The position numbers and the translations under genes were made by a program. Source: an uncultured Armatimonadetes bacterium (GTDB lineage Bacteria > Armatimonadota > UBA5829 > DTJY01). From it: a DNA stretch of 64,000 nucleotides. Positions within the stretch are counted from its first letter, which is position 1. Each line of letters begins with the position of its first letter. Below the pieces are notes generated by a model. The model was given only the letters and a program-made list of their open reading frames with translations. It was not told the origin of the DNA and did not search any database. Location of the stretch: assembly GCA_963717145.1 (NCBI GenBank), contig OY970325.1, forward strand, positions 3,552,001 through 3,616,000, in the 5' to 3' direction. Positions 1 to 12,381 of the stretch are shown here, in pieces.

Positions 1-337
1 GCTCCCTCTTGCTCTTGATCGTCCTGCCTTGATGTACGACGGCGGGCTTCTCCTCAAACTTCCATCGGATGCGGTCCGCGAGTGTATCCTTGCCTCTGAG
101 GTCCAAGCTGGCCCAACCGGCCTTCATGAGATGGAACAGGTGACCGTCTGGTGAAACCGCGCTCTGATAGAAGTAGTCTCTGCCTTCAAGGATCTCAGCG
201 ACGCGGACCACCACGCGGCCCCCGATGAGCCGCGTAGCGATGATCTTCCGCTTGAGTGCTGCCGCATTCCGCGAAAGGCTCACGGTGCCATCGGCAGCTG
301 TGTCCCATAGGAGAATCTGGTTTGCTGGTTTGCTCAT
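1..337 (-). CDS. Hypothetical protein, 5' part (runs off left edge)
   Basis: ATG at 337 preceded by AAGGAGA; open frame MSKPANQILLWDTAADGTVSLSRNAAALKRKIIATRL... to the window edge; no family recognised. Confidence 0.6.
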   Translation of the reverse strand, partial: MSKPANQILLWDTAADGTVSLSRNAAALKRKIIATRLIGGRVVVRVAEILEGRDYFYQSAVSPDGHLFHLMKAGWASLDLRGKDTLADRIRWKFEEKPAVVHQGRTIKSKRE

Positions 338-490
338 ATGATGAGTCTCCTTCCGACATAATACGCCGACCCGCACATCAAGTGGGCGCATAGCGGGCGA
401 AACTTGCGGTATCAAAGTGCCCGTCGAAGCCGAGGTAGTGGCTGGTGTTCAGCTCACCCATCACAGCAAAGCTGAGTGCATCAGCCCCGC

Positions 491-633
491 TCAAAGCTAC
501 TTCACGTATTCCAGCACATCGGCGGCGTGGTCGGCGACAGTCACCTTGCGCCAGATCCTGCGGATGATGCCGGCTCTGTCGATCATGATGGTCATGCGCT
601 CGATTCCGAGGAACGTCTTCCCATACATCGACT
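491..633 (-). pseudogene. Displaced 3' fragment of bcp peroxiredoxin gene
   Basis: Ungapped match to 24443-24585 (about 127/143 nt by manual count); encodes SMYGKTFLGIERMT...ADHAADVLEYVK with CAG changed to TAG just before the stop. Confidence 0.9.
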
Positions 634-898
634 CCACGTTGATGTCATCGCGCCAAAACATGGCCGCTCGATGCGACGCCTTATTTTACCTCAAGGTCAT
701 TCAGCAAAACAAGAGCAATGGTCATCAGTTGGTATATCAGTCGGGTGAAACAGCGCGGCCCACGAGTTCCGCCGCGGTCATGCCGGCTATCCCTCGGGAC
801 TCAGACGAATCGTCCAGGTGCTCGTGCAGTCGTGCAGCAATGTACGCAACACCCCCTCGGTCCGGAGGCCGGTCCCCCTTGTTAAGGAGATATGTGTG

Positions 899-2326
899 TC
901 ACGGCGACAGGTGACTGACGACCTGCTCGACGAGGTGTACGAGCGGGGATGGATAGACACCGAGGGCGAGGAGCGCCGCGACCGACGCTCCGAGCGCGAT
1001 GGCCGCCGTGAAGCTCGGACCGGGCAGGGCTTCCCGGTCGGACTCCGGCGCGGAATACATGGCGATAATCACCCGCAGGTAGTAGAACGCCGAGATCCCG
1101 CTGCTCACCACTCCGACTATCACGAGCGCCCACAGATCGGCCCGAATCGCCGCCGAGAAGATGTAGAACTTGGCGATGAACCCGGCGGCCGGCGGAATCC
1201 CCGTGAGCGAGAGCAGGGCGGCGGTGAAGATCAGGGCCAGAACGGGATGACGGCCCGCGAGCCCCCGGTATTCGTCCAACTCCTCAACATCCCCCATCCG
1301 CCTATGTGAAGAGAGCACGGCGATCACACCGAAAGCGGCGATGGTTGCGGCGAAGTACGATGCCAGGTAGAAGGCGATCGACGCCGGCCCGAGAGGAGCG
1401 CCCGCGAGCAGAGGGATCAACAGGTAGCCGATGTGGGCGATGGATGAGTAGGCGAGCAGCCGCTTCACGTTGGTCTGCAACAGGGCGAGCAGATTTCCGG
1501 CCAGCATTGTGGCGATCGCCAGGATCGAGATCATCAGCACAAACGTCGGACCGGCTTCCACATGCCACATGTACACGAGCCGGAGCAGCAGGGCGAACAC
1601 CGCTCCCTTGGATCCGGTCGCGATCAGAGCGGTCACGGGAGCGGGAGCGCCTTGATAGACATCGGGCGACCACATGTGGAACGGCACGATGGCTAGCTTG
1701 AATCCGAACGCCACCACGATCAGCGCCAATCCGAGGAATGACACCGCCGGGAGTCCGTTGGCCGCGAGCCGGCGGAAGTCCATCGTCCCCGAATCCGCAT
1801 AGACCAGCGCAATCCCGAGCAACAGGAACGCCGATGCCGCTGCTGCCAGGACCAGGTACTTGATCGCGCCCTCCAGCGACGGCCGGTGGTCGCGGGTGTA
1901 GCCGATCAGCCCGTACAGCGACACGCTGAGTATCTCGATCCCCAGGAAGAACGAGGCGAAGTGTACGCTGCATGTCAGCGTCTCCATGCCGAGCGCCGCC
2001 AGGAGAAGCAGTATGTAGAACGCCGAGCTTCGCCTCTCGTGTGCATGCAAGTAGCTCGCGGAGAGCAGCGAGACCAGGATCGTCGCCGCCAGGACGAGTC
2101 CCATGAAGTAGATGGAGTAGCCGTCCACTCGGATGAGCGTAGTGACCATCCGGGGAGCATATGGGAGTGCGACCGAAACCGACACAAGGGCCGCCGCAAG
2201 ACCGGCGAGCGTGAGAACGAGCGCCACCGCGTGCTTCGGCCGGAACGCGGCAACGAGCATGAGGGCAACGGCGGCGTAGCCGGTTATCAGCAGCGGGAGG
2301 AGGGCCATCAGGTCGCGATGATTCAC
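899..2326 (-). CDS. nuoN: NADH-quinone oxidoreductase subunit N
   Basis: Polytopic antiporter-like subunit with FKLAIVPFHMWSPDVYQGAP and QTNVKRLLAYSSIAH; last gene of nuo operon. Confidence 0.95.
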   Translation of the reverse strand: MNHRDLMALLPLLITGYAAVALMLVAAFRPKHAVALVLTLAGLAAALVSVSVALPYAPRMVTTLIRVDGYSIYFMGLVLAATILVSLLSASYLHAHERRSSAFYILLLLAALGMETLTCSVHFASFFLGIEILSVSLYGLIGYTRDHRPSLEGAIKYLVLAAAASAFLLLGIALVYADSGTMDFRRLAANGLPAVSFLGLALIVVAFGFKLAIVPFHMWSPDVYQGAPAPVTALIATGSKGAVFALLLRLVYMWHVEAGPTFVLMISILAIATMLAGNLLALLQTNVKRLLAYSSIAHIGYLLIPLLAGAPLGPASIAFYLASYFAATIAAFGVIAVLSSHRRMGDVEELDEYRGLAGRHPVLALIFTAALLSLTGIPPAAGFIAKFYIFSAAIRADLWALVIVGVVSSGISAFYYLRVIIAMYSAPESDREALPGPSFTAAIALGASVAALLALGVYPSPLVHLVEQVVSHLSP

Positions 2327-3804
2327 TACATCCCCCTCCCTTCTTGAAAGTTCAGGGCCGCGCCTACGGTCTCGAGCGATCGGGCCGCTGTGGTGAATAT
2401 CGGTCGCGGATAGAGGCCGATGAAAAGGATCACCACCGCCAGGATGCCCAGGATCGCAATCTCCCCGAATGACAGTCTCTGCAGCGACCGGTTGTTCTCG
2501 TTCGGTCCCAGCACCGAGGCCCGCACCAGTCGCGTCCCGTAGATCACTGAGACCACGAACCCCAGAGCCGCAACCGATGCGATGGCCGGACTCACCTGGA
2601 ATGTGCCGAGAAGCACCAGGAACTCGCCAATGAAGTTCCCGAGCCCCGGGAGGCCGATCGCCGCCAGCGCGAACAGGAGTGTAAAGCCGCCGAGCCTCGG
2701 TTCAGCCGCCCACAGCCCACCCAGCTTCGACAGCTCTCGCGTATGGGTGCGCTCCTGAACCATTCCCGCCACGAAGAACAGCGCTCCCGTCGAGATGCCG
2801 TGAGCGATGATCTCCACAACCGCGCCCTGCAGGGCGAGCGCACTGCCCGAATAGACGCCGAGCAGCACGAAACCCATGTGACTCACGCTGGTGTACGCGA
2901 TCATGCGCTTGAAATCCGTCTGCGCGAACGTGAGCACCCCGCCGTATAGTATCCCGATCGTCCCGAGGATCATCGCCACCGGTGCGATCTGTGCCGAAGC
3001 GGACGGGAAGAGCGGGATGGCAAAGCGCAGGAAACCGTATGCCCCGGTCTTCAGCAGCAGCCCGGCAAGGATGACGCTGCCGGCGGTCGGCGCCTCCGTA
3101 TGAGTGTCCGCCAGCCATGTGTGCAGCGGAACGACCGGTAGTTTGACCGCGAAGCCGACGAAGAATCCCAGCATCAACCAGAGCGCATGGCGGTCGGACA
3201 GCGGCGTACCGACGAGCGCCCGGTAGTCGAACGTGTAGACCCCGGTTGCCTTCCCGTGAGCGATGTAGAGCCCGATGATCGCGACCAGCATGAACAGACC
3301 GCCGATGAATGTGAACAGGAAGAACTTGATCGCCGCGCGGATCCGATCCTCATGTCCCCACACGCCGACCAGGAAGTACATCGGCACCAGCATGATCTCC
3401 CAGAAGATGTAGAACAGCAGCAGGTCGAAGGACAGGAACACGCCGGTGATCCCCGAGAGCAGGATCAGCAGCGAGAAGTAGAATGCGCCCGCTCGATCGG
3501 TTATGTTCCTCCACGAGTAGGCGACGGACAGCGCTCCGAGGAGTGCCGTCAGGGTTACCAGAAGCAGACTCAGGCCGTCCATTGAGAGATGGTATCGAAG
3601 GCCGAACTGCGGTACCCAGGCGAGGTTCTGCTCGGCGATCGTGAGATTCGACCCGCGCGTGATCCACAGAGCGATGACCAGCCCGAGATCGGCGAGGCAA
3701 GCCAGCAGCGCGATCCAGCGGGTGGCGATCACACTCCACCGGCTCGCCGTCCATGCCAGCGCGCCGCCGACTGCGGGTATCACGATCATCCAGGTCAGTA
3801 TCAT
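2326..3804 (-). CDS. nuoM: NADH-quinone oxidoreductase subunit M
   Basis: FYIFWEIMLVPMYFL, VKLPVVPLHTWL, DFKRMIAYTSVSHMGF motifs; operon position. Confidence 0.95.
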   Translation of the reverse strand: MILTWMIVIPAVGGALAWTASRWSVIATRWIALLACLADLGLVIALWITRGSNLTIAEQNLAWVPQFGLRYHLSMDGLSLLLVTLTALLGALSVAYSWRNITDRAGAFYFSLLILLSGITGVFLSFDLLLFYIFWEIMLVPMYFLVGVWGHEDRIRAAIKFFLFTFIGGLFMLVAIIGLYIAHGKATGVYTFDYRALVGTPLSDRHALWLMLGFFVGFAVKLPVVPLHTWLADTHTEAPTAGSVILAGLLLKTGAYGFLRFAIPLFPSASAQIAPVAMILGTIGILYGGVLTFAQTDFKRMIAYTSVSHMGFVLLGVYSGSALALQGAVVEIIAHGISTGALFFVAGMVQERTHTRELSKLGGLWAAEPRLGGFTLLFALAAIGLPGLGNFIGEFLVLLGTFQVSPAIASVAALGFVVSVIYGTRLVRASVLGPNENNRSLQRLSFGEIAILGILAVVILFIGLYPRPIFTTAARSLETVGAALNFQEGRGM

Positions 3805-3814
3805 CGGAGAATCC

Positions 3815-5695
3815 TCACCTCAGGATAACAATCAAGACCACGGCAACTGCCCCGAGCACCAGCCCGACCGCGTAGTCACGGAGGCGGCCGGTCTCAGTTG
3901 CCGAGAGCGCCACGTGGGTCATGCGGGCAGTCCAACCAAGCCCGACGTAGAACCGGTCGATGACGTCCGAGCGGTTGGCGCGAGCAATCGCCTTGAACGG
4001 GAGCACGAACAACCTGTCGTAGAGCCAGTCGAATCCCCAACCGATGAGCAAGAATCCGTGTAACGCTCGCGCTACGGGTGACCTCTCCACAACGGTCGCC
4101 CAGCGTTGGCGCTTGAAGTACAGATAGGCCAGCCCGATCCCCACAAGGCATGCCACCATCGCAACAGCGAGCAGCGTCCACTCCGTCGTCTCCCCTGCCC
4201 TTCCGACGGCGACATGCAATGGTGGCAGCGCGCTCGACATCAGCCGCGCGAAGGGGTCGAAGTGGCCCATCACCTCGGGCATCCCGATGAATCCGACGGT
4301 GATCGAGAAGAACGCCAGCACGATCATCGCCAGCCTCATGAGCGCGCCGGAGGGCTTGTGGACGGGTGTGCGCTGCGGGCCGTAGAACGTCAGGAACACC
4401 AGGCGGAATGAGTAGCCAGCGGTTATCAGCGTGCCGAGAGTCGCCGCCAGCCAGAACCAGGTGCTGCCCAGTACCGATGTCCAACTCGCAGATACGATCG
4501 CTTCCTTGCTGTAGAAGCCGGCGGTGATGATCGGGAGAGCCGACAGTGAGGCGGCGCCGATCAGAGTCGTCCAATAGGCCACCGGGAGTTGTCGGCGCAG
4601 GCCACCCATCTTGAACATGTCTCGCTCCTCGTCCAACGCGTGCACGACCGCGCCTGCCGAGAGAAAGAGCAGCGCCTTGAAGAAGGCGTGCGTCACGAAA
4701 TGGAAGATCGCCGCGGTCCATGCGCCGACTCCGAGCGCGAGGAACATGTATCCGATCTGGCTCATCGTGGAGTACGCCAGAACGCGCTTGATGTCCCGCT
4801 GCACGAGCGCGCTCATCCCCGCATAGAGCAGGGTCACGGTCCCGATGACGGCGACGGCGTGCTGCGCGACGGGCGCAATCGAGAAGAGCACGTTCATGCG
4901 GGCGATCAGATACACCCCGGCGGTGACCATCGTGGCCGCGTGTATCAGGGCACTCACCGGCGACGGGCCCGCCATGGCGTCCGGGAGCCAGGTGTGCAGC
5001 GGAATCTGGGCCGATTTGCCGACCGCGCCGAGGAGGAGCAGGAGCGCGATGGCAGTGGCAGTGCCGCCCGCGATCGTCAAGACGCTTGGCGCGGAGATGA
5101 GTATCGACTGGATGTCGAGAGTCCTGAAGTGCACGAACAGCATGAACAGGCCGATGACAAGCGCCGTGTCGCCGACGCGGGTCATGATGAACGCTTTGGC
5201 CGCCGCGATGTTGTTCGCCCGCTCTTTGTACCAGAAGCCGATGAGCAGGAACGAGCAGAGCCCGACGCCCTCCCATCCGAGGTAAAGAAGAAGCAGGTCG
5301 GCGGCGAGCACGAGCACCAGCATCGAGCCGACGAAGAGGTTCATGTAGCTGAAGAACCTGCTGTACCCGTCCTCTTCGTACATCGACTGCGCCGAGTAGA
5401 GGTGGATCAGAAACGCGACGAACGTGATCACGCAGACCATCACGAGCGACAGCGCATCGAGATGCAGCCGAGCCAGGACCTGCAGGCCGTTGACCTCGAT
5501 CCACGGATAGAGCGTCGCGTCGATGCCTTTGCCCTCGAACTCCATGGCCGCGGCCATCGAAAGCAGCCACGACGCGCCTATCGACGAGCACCCGATCGCT
5601 CCCGCGACCTTCTTCGGCAGCGAGGCCCCGAATATCGCCAGTATCAGCGCGCTCAGGAACGGCAGCAGGACTATCACCCAGAGCAGAACGTTCAA
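3815..5695 (-). CDS. nuoL: NADH-quinone oxidoreductase subunit L
   Basis: [48 protein letters not shown] motifs. Confidence 0.95.
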   Translation of the reverse strand: MNVLLWVIVLLPFLSALILAIFGASLPKKVAGAIGCSSIGASWLLSMAAAMEFEGKGIDATLYPWIEVNGLQVLARLHLDALSLVMVCVITFVAFLIHLYSAQSMYEEDGYSRFFSYMNLFVGSMLVLVLAADLLLLYLGWEGVGLCSFLLIGFWYKERANNIAAAKAFIMTRVGDTALVIGLFMLFVHFRTLDIQSILISAPSVLTIAGGTATAIALLLLLGAVGKSAQIPLHTWLPDAMAGPSPVSALIHAATMVTAGVYLIARMNVLFSIAPVAQHAVAVIGTVTLLYAGMSALVQRDIKRVLAYSTMSQIGYMFLALGVGAWTAAIFHFVTHAFFKALLFLSAGAVVHALDEERDMFKMGGLRRQLPVAYWTTLIGAASLSALPIITAGFYSKEAIVSASWTSVLGSTWFWLAATLGTLITAGYSFRLVFLTFYGPQRTPVHKPSGALMRLAMIVLAFFSITVGFIGMPEVMGHFDPFARLMSSALPPLHVAVGRAGETTEWTLLAVAMVACLVGIGLAYLYFKRQRWATVVERSPVARALHGFLLIGWGFDWLYDRLFVLPFKAIARANRSDVIDRFYVGLGWTARMTHVALSATETGRLRDYAVGLVLGAVAVVLIVILR

Positions 5696-5698
5696 CGC

Positions 5699-6008
5699 CT
5701 ATCCTTTCATGAGGGAGACTTCGTCCGAATCGACGTTCCCCCAGTGATGGAAGATCCTGAGCACGAGCGACAGGCCGACCGCGACCTCGACCGCGGCGGT
5801 GACCAGGATGAAGATGACCATGACCTGTCCGTCGGGCTGTTTCCACTTCGATGCGGCGGCCACGAATGCCACGCCCGACGGAACTGAGCATGATCTCCAG
5901 CGACATCAGCACGAAGACCAGGTTTCGGCGTATCATGACGCCGAGCAAACCGAGCACGAAGAGGATTCCCGCCACTATCAGAGCGTGGTTCACCGGTATG
6001 CTGCTCAT
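5699..6008 (-). CDS. nuoK: NADH-quinone oxidoreductase subunit K (one frameshift near 5880)
   Basis: N-half [16 protein letters not shown]-half [21 protein letters not shown]...MKG* in another frame. Confidence 0.88.
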
Positions 6009-6508
6009 TCCTCTTCCTCCCGCCTGCCCGAGAAGACGCCGAAGTGAAATCCCGCGACCAGGCCGGCGATCAGGAGCAGCGACGACAGCTCGACCCCGAT
6101 AAGGTAATCGGTGAACAGGCTGATGCCGACTGCCTTCGGGCCGACCACGGACGCTGATTGCCCGATCCCCCTGCCGGCCAGCACGGATACGAACTGCACC
6201 AGGAGCACCGCCGCCAGTATCAGCGGGAGAACCAATGCGGCGATGCGGAGCCTTTTGCGAGGTTGCCCTTCGGACCTGCGCAGGTCGAGTATCAGGACCG
6301 CGAAGACGAACAGCACCATGATCGCGCCGGCGTATATGACAATCTGCAGCACCGCCGCGAATGGAGCGCCCAACGTGAAGAACATGGATGCGATCGCCAG
6401 GAACACGAGCACCAGGTACACCAGCGCGTGCATGGCATTTCTACGCGTCACCACCATACCGGCGGCGATCACCGCGACGGCCCCTGAGATGTAGAAAAGC
6501 GTATTCAT
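6005..6508 (-). CDS. nuoJ: NADH-quinone oxidoreductase subunit J
   Basis: [15 protein letters not shown] motif; position between nuoI and nuoK. Confidence 0.93.
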   Translation of the reverse strand: MNTLFYISGAVAVIAAGMVVTRRNAMHALVYLVLVFLAIASMFFTLGAPFAAVLQIVIYAGAIMVLFVFAVLILDLRRSEGQPRKRLRIAALVLPLILAAVLLVQFVSVLAGRGIGQSASVVGPKAVGISLFTDYLIGVELSSLLLIAGLVAGFHFGVFSGRREEEE

Positions 6509-7018
6509 GGCATCAAGTCCCTCACATCGACGGGCGGCAACTCGTCAACCGCATCGCCCTTGCCCTTTCCCCCGATCGCCACCCCGGCGTGGTGGTAGAA
6601 GTTGTAGTCATGGTATTTCCCCGTGCCGCTGATGAGGAGGTCCTCCTTCTCGTAGACGAGACTGGCCCGGCGGTACTCGCACATCTCGAAGTCGGGCGTC
6701 AGTTGGATGGCGTAGGTCGGGCACGCCTCCTCGCAGAATCCGCAGAATATGCACCGGCGAAATTGATCCGGAACCACTCCGGGTACCGCCTGCCGTGCTC
6801 GTCCTCCGTCGCCTGCAGCTCGATGCAGTCCACCGGGCAGACCGCCGAGCACAGATAGCAGCCCACACATCGTTCCACCCGTCCGGATCGCGAGTCAGGA
6901 CGATGCGCCCCCTCCATCGAGGCGGTATGTATGCCGTTTCCTCCGGGTACGGGACCGTCACCCGGCGTCTGAACAGATGGACGAATATGAGTCCCATGGA
7001 CCTGATGATCGATATCAT
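6505..7018 (-). CDS. nuoI: NADH-quinone oxidoreductase subunit I (frameshifted)
   Basis: VTVPYPEE...[24 protein letters not shown] and [12 protein letters not shown] ferredoxin motifs split over three frames. Confidence 0.9.
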
Positions 7019-7020
7019 CT

Positions 7021-7975
7021 CTACCTCACGATGAGCGCGATCGCTCCCGTCGCCATAATGTTGAGCAGCGATAACGGCAGCAGCCACTTCCATCCCAGAT
7101 CCATCAACTGGTCGTATCTCAGGCGTGGCAGCACCGATCTCAGCCAGACGAAAAGGAATATCACGGCCCCCGTCTTGAGCAGCGAACCACACCAGCGGAG
7201 GGAGAACCGGCCCGCATCCATCCGCCAAGAAAGAGTACCGTCGTCATCGAGCTTATAAGTATGACGTCCAGGTATTCGCCCATCAGGAAGAGCGCGAACT
7301 TCATCGACGAATACTCCGTGTGATAGCCCGCGACGATCTCGCTGTCGGCCTCGGGCAGGTCGAACGGCGTGCGTCGCGCCTCTGCGATGCCGGCGATCAG
7401 GAAGACCAGGAACCCGATCGGCTGCAGCACGCAGAACCACATCCTGGACTGCGCCTCCACGATATCGCTGAGTCTCATCGAGCCTGAGAACATCACAACG
7501 CCGACGAGCGACAGCGCGATCGGGATCTCATAGCTGATCATCTGCGCGGCGCCTCTCATGCCGCCGATGAGCGAGTACTTGCTGTCCGGATGCCCATCCC
7601 GCCAGCACGATGCTGTAGACTCCCAGCGATGTCATCCCAAGGAAGAACAGCAGGCCCACATTCGCGTCGGAAACGACGATCGTGCGGGTGAACGGGACGA
7701 CCGCAAACGCGACGAGTACCGTTACGACGACGATCGCCGGCGCGAGGATGAAGATCAGCTTGTCGGCGAAGGGCGGTATCCAGTCCTCCTTCATGAACAG
7801 CTTGATGACGTCCGCAACCGGCTGCAGCAATCCCAACGGGCCCGACGCGATTGGGGCCGATGCGGTCCTGGAAGCCCGCGAGAAGCCGCCGCTCGACCCA
7901 TATCATGGCCGTCGTCAACGTCAACAACGCCGCGATCACACCTATGCCGATTCCGACTGCCATCCAGGCGCTCAT
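7021..7975 (-). CDS. nuoH: NADH-quinone oxidoreductase subunit H (frameshifted)
   Basis: [52 protein letters not shown] and [10 protein letters not shown] in successive frames. Confidence 0.9.
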
Positions 7976-10463
7976 GCTTTCGTCAACCTCGATATGATTG
8001 GTGCAATGATGCCGATGGCGCCATCCACGTTTGCCGGCACCGTCGCGACATCCACGGGAAGTGATGCGTCCATGCGGACGGGAAGCGTCCACGTGCCGCC
8101 GGCGAATCCGAACTCCACAGACTGCCCCTCCGCGATGCCGAGTCTGTCAGCCAGCGCGGGGTTGATCGCCAACGCCGCTTGTGGCGTGAGACTCGCGATC
8201 CCCGGCGCGAGTCGAGACAGCTCCTCCGACCCGAAGATGCAGGGACGCGGCACGATCCGGACCTCGGACTCGCCGAGCGCGACGGCCTCTCCCCTCTCAG
8301 GCAGTTCGGGCGCGCCGCCCGTCGGCTCGATCAGGCGACTGCCCGAGTTGCCGTTCTGGAGCGGACCGTTCACCTCGATCTGGAACTTGGTGACCGAGTT
8401 CACCGAGTTCCATCCGGGCCACCAGGACTTCCGCGTCCTCGGGTCCGCATCGAGGGCGCCCTCGAAGATCGGAATGCTCGAGGCCAGGTCGCGGAGGACA
8501 TCCTGGTAAGCCGCCCACTTCGAGCCGGCGCCGAGGTCCTGAAGCGCGGACCATGCGGGTCGCGTCTCTCCCGGCGGCGTGAAGACCTGGAGGAAGCCCT
8601 GCGCTCGTCCTTCGTTGTTCACGAACGTGCCGTCGGATTCTACACATGCTCGCGTGGGGAGGACGATATCCGCATCGGCGGATGTCGCCGTTTCGATGCA
8701 GTCGAGAACGATCAGGTTGCGCACCTTCGCCCTCATGGCCTGCAACTGCGCGGGGTCGGTCCGGCGAGAAAGGTCGTTCTCCAGCACGATGAGGGTATCA
8801 GCCTCGCCCTGTTCCACGCGACGAAGGGCATCGCATACCGACATGCCGCTGAGCATGGTCACGCCCATTGTGTTCGCTTCCGGCACGATGACCGTGAGCA
8901 GGCAGTCCTTTCCCGCCGAATGGAGCGCCTCGGCGATCCGGTATGCGGCGGCGAGCACATCTTCGCCGGCGGAGATGCCCGTGACGATCAGCGGCCGTCG
9001 GGCGTCGGTTAGGGACTGGGCCACGGTCGAAACAAAGTCGGTCCCGTGCGATTCCCCTCGCAGTCGCCGACATATCTCCCCCGCGAGGTCGACGAGATCG
9101 GGCCCGGCGGCGTGAACGGCCCCCTCGGCGATCTCCTCCAGTTTGATGCCCCACGGAACGGCCGCGAACAGCGAGCCCTTTTCACCTTGCAGGGTGAACG
9201 CGACCGGCACGGCGTCCCAGTCGGGGATCTTGAGCTTTCGGGTCACATCGAGGCGCGCATTGCGCATCGCCTGGCGGATTGCGAGGTCGAGCATCGGCGA
9301 CTTCGTTCGTCGGATCCGCGCCCAGAATGAGGACCGCGTCCGCCGATTCGACCTCTGCGAGCGAGGGCGTCCTGAGCGGCCCCGCAGTCAGCATTCTCAA
9401 CGCGAGCCGGGACGCGTCATGATCGTGCCCCGAGAGGCCGGTGGAGAATGCGTCATCCCCAACGAGCTTCCTGAGGGCATAGTTGGCCTCCAGGGACGCC
9501 CTCGGGGAGCCGATTCCGATGATTCCCGTTGCGTCCCGGAGCATTGCCCTCGCCCGATCGACGGCTTCGTCCCACGATACCGTCTTCCGCTCGGCTCCAT
9601 CCGCGGAGACGCACGCGCGGATTCGCCGATCGCCGTTCACGAACTCGTAGCCGTACCGCCCTCGGTCGCAGAGGAAGTAGCCGTTCACATCGCTGTTGTA
9701 CCTGGCATGAACGCGTCGGAGCTGCGCCGTATCGAGCGCCGGGAGTCGTGTTGCAGCCGAGCCCGCAGTGAATGCATATCGAGGGCGCGGTCTGGAGGTC
9801 CCACTCGCGGGTGTAGTGCTGCTTCAGCGTCTTGTCCGTGAACACGCCTGTGGGACAGACCTCCACCAGGTTGCCGGAGAACTCCGATTCCAGCACACCG
9901 TCCGAATCCGCGGCCGAAGTACACATGATCGTGACATGCCGAAGACGTTCGAAGTCGCGCCCGCCCGCGTAAGTCCCTGTAGAACCGCACGCACCGGTAG
10001 CACTGGATGCAGCGGTTCATCTCGTGGTTCACGAACGGCCCGAGGTCCTGGTTGAGATGCGTCCGTTTCCGCCCATTGTAGCGCCGGTAGACGTGCCCGG
10101 TCATCGCGGTCATGTCCTGCAGGTGGCATTCTCCGCCCTCGTCGCAGACCGGGCAGTCGTGAGGATGGTTGATCATCAGCCACTCGATGACGTAGCTTCC
10201 TGAACTCCATGGCCTCTGGATCGCTTATGGAGATGCGCGTGCCATCGACGGCGGGGGTCATGCACGCCATCGCGATCCTGCCCTGCGTGTCCGATTCGTC
10301 TTTGAAGACCTTCACGGCGCACTGACGGCATGACGCCGACCGAGCCCATCGCCGGGTGCCAGCAGAAATACGGCAGGTCGAGCTTGTTGTCGAGGACGAC
10401 CTGGAGCATGTTCTTCCCGTCCTCGATCTCGTATTCTGTTCCGTCTATGAACACTTTGGGCAT
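7972..10463 (-). CDS. nuoG: NADH-quinone oxidoreductase subunit G (multiply frameshifted)
   Basis: [45 protein letters not shown] and FLCDRGRYG motifs in successive frames; long C-terminal molybdopterin-type domain. Confidence 0.9.
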
Positions 10464-10487
10464 ATCACCCGGCCTCATCCATCATCC

Positions 10488-10566
10488 ACGCGATGTCATT
10501 CTGAGCAAAGTGAAGAATCTGGCTGCGCGGAAACAGATTCTTCACTTCGCTCAAAATGACATCGCG
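10488..10566. repeat. Palindromic REP-like element (GTCATTCTGAGC...GCTCAAAATGAC family)
   Basis: CGCGATGTCATTCTGAGCAAAGTGAAGAATCT ... AGATTCTTCACTTCGCTCAAAATGACATCGCG inverted repeat between nuoF and nuoG; shorter relative at 53944-53982. Confidence 0.85.
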
Positions 10567-10580
10567 TGAGTTCTGCACCG

Positions 10581-11871
10581 TCAGCTTCGGTATGGGCATC
10601 TCCCGAGGCGCACGTGCTCGTCGAAATCGTCACGGAACAGCTGAATCGCGCTCATCAGCGGCTGAACCGCGCCCATCGCTAGCGCGCAGTAGGTGTTCGG
10701 CCCGAGCGACTTCGCACTGCTCCATCAGCAATCCATCCACGTATTCCCGCTCGCCCTCGCCACTCTCGATCTGACCGAGCATCCACGCCGACCACGGCAG
10801 CCCCTCGCGGCATGGAGTACACCAACCGCACGACTCCCGGGCGAAGAACATCTCCAGGTTCCGGCACATCCCCACGGGGCAGGTCTTGTCGTCGAGCACG
10901 ATCGCCGTACCCGTGCCGAAGAAATGGTCCAATCTCCTTGAGCGACTCGAACTCCAGCGGCAGTATCGAGCAGGTCCTCGCCCATGAACTGAGTCGATGC
11001 CCCGCCGGGGAGCGCCGCTCGAAACGCATAGCCGTCGCGCATCCCGCCGGCGTGCTCCTCGACGATCTCTCGCAGCGTCGATGCCCATCGGCAGCTCGCA
11101 AGCGCCCGGGGCGGTTCACCTTGCCGCTCACGCCGTAGATCTTGGTGCCGGAGTCCTTGGCCTTGCCCGAGGCTCTTGAACCACTCCGCGCCGCGCTCCA
11201 CAATGTGCGGCACGCAGCACAGGGTCTCGACATTGTTGACGACCGTCGGCTTGCCCCAGAGCCCGGATGTGCCCGGGATACGGCGGCTTCGATCTCGGAT
11301 TCGCGCGGCTTACCCTCCAGGGCGTTCAGCAGGCCGGTCTCCTCGCCGCACATGTATCGTCCCGCGCTGGGGTGGATCGTCGACCTCGAAGTCCCAACCC
11401 TTGCCGAGCAGATTGCTTGCCGATGTATCCCTTGCCCCGTGCCTCGCGACATCGCGCGCTGGAGTATTCCCTGCGCCCGTTTGTATTCGTCGCGGATGAA
11501 GATGTAGGCGACATCCACCTGGCACGCGTACGATGCGATCGCGAGCCCCTCGATGAGCTGATGCGGGATCGCCCTCCACCAGGAAGCGGTCCTTGAACGT
11601 GCCCGGCTCCATCTCGTCGAAGTTGCAGACGAGGTACCGCGGTCCAGCGGACTCCTCGACCGGCGGCATGGTCGACCACTTCCTGCCGGTCGGGAAGCCC
11701 GCGCCGCCACGACCCCTGCAGGGCGGAATCCGACACGAGCCGGACCACCTCCTCCGGGCTCATCTCGGTGACCGCCTTGCGCAGGCCGGAGTAGCCGCCG
11801 TTCTTCTCGTAGGCCTCGATCCAGGTCGGCAGGTCGTTCTTGACTATGTTTTTGGTCAGGACAGGCTCCAT
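10581..11871 (-). CDS. nuoF: NADH-quinone oxidoreductase subunit F (multiply frameshifted)
   Basis: [36 protein letters not shown] and [13 protein letters not shown] motifs in different frames. Confidence 0.9.
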
Positions 11872-11874
11872 GGC

Positions 11875-12361
11875 TCAAGCTCCCGGTCGGTTTCCTCGAC
11901 GCCTCCGCGAGGACTTGGTCGATCTTCTCCTCGGTCAGGTTGCCGACGATCTCGTCGTCGAGCATCATCACCGGCGCCTGCTCGCAGTGTCCCAGGCAGA
12001 CCGTCGGCAGCAGCGTGAACGTGCCGTCCTGCGTCGTCTGGCCGAGCTTGATGCCGAGCTTGCGCTCCAGGTAGTCCAGCACTCGTTCCTCGCCGGTCAG
12101 CCAGCAGCTCACGCTGTCGCAGACCAGGATCACGTGCTCGCCCACCGGCTTGGCGGAAGATCAGGTTGTAGAACGTCGCGACGCTGTCCAGCTCCGCGGG
12201 AGTCATCTCCAGCACCGACGCCAGGTCCGCGAGCGCCTCGTCGGACACGTACCGCTGATGCTCCTGGACGATCTTCAGCGCGTCGCACGCATCCCGACTG
12301 CCGAGTCGGCGAGGTCCTTCAGCTCTTCTTCGATTTCCTGTCTTTCGGCGTCGCTAAGCAT
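11875..12361 (-). CDS. nuoE: NADH-quinone oxidoreductase subunit E (frameshifted)
   Basis: SVATFYNLIF, VCDSVSC and CLGHCEQAP [2Fe-2S] motifs; 3' boundary approximate. Confidence 0.85.
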
Positions 12362-12381
12362 CGGCTATCAGCTCCTCACGG

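Noticed and set aside
3894-5880. 704-aa ORF and other long overlapping or antisense ORFs (e.g. 32301-34031, 47987-49222)
   Set aside because: Frameshift read-through or shadow ORFs of high-GC genes with no motifs
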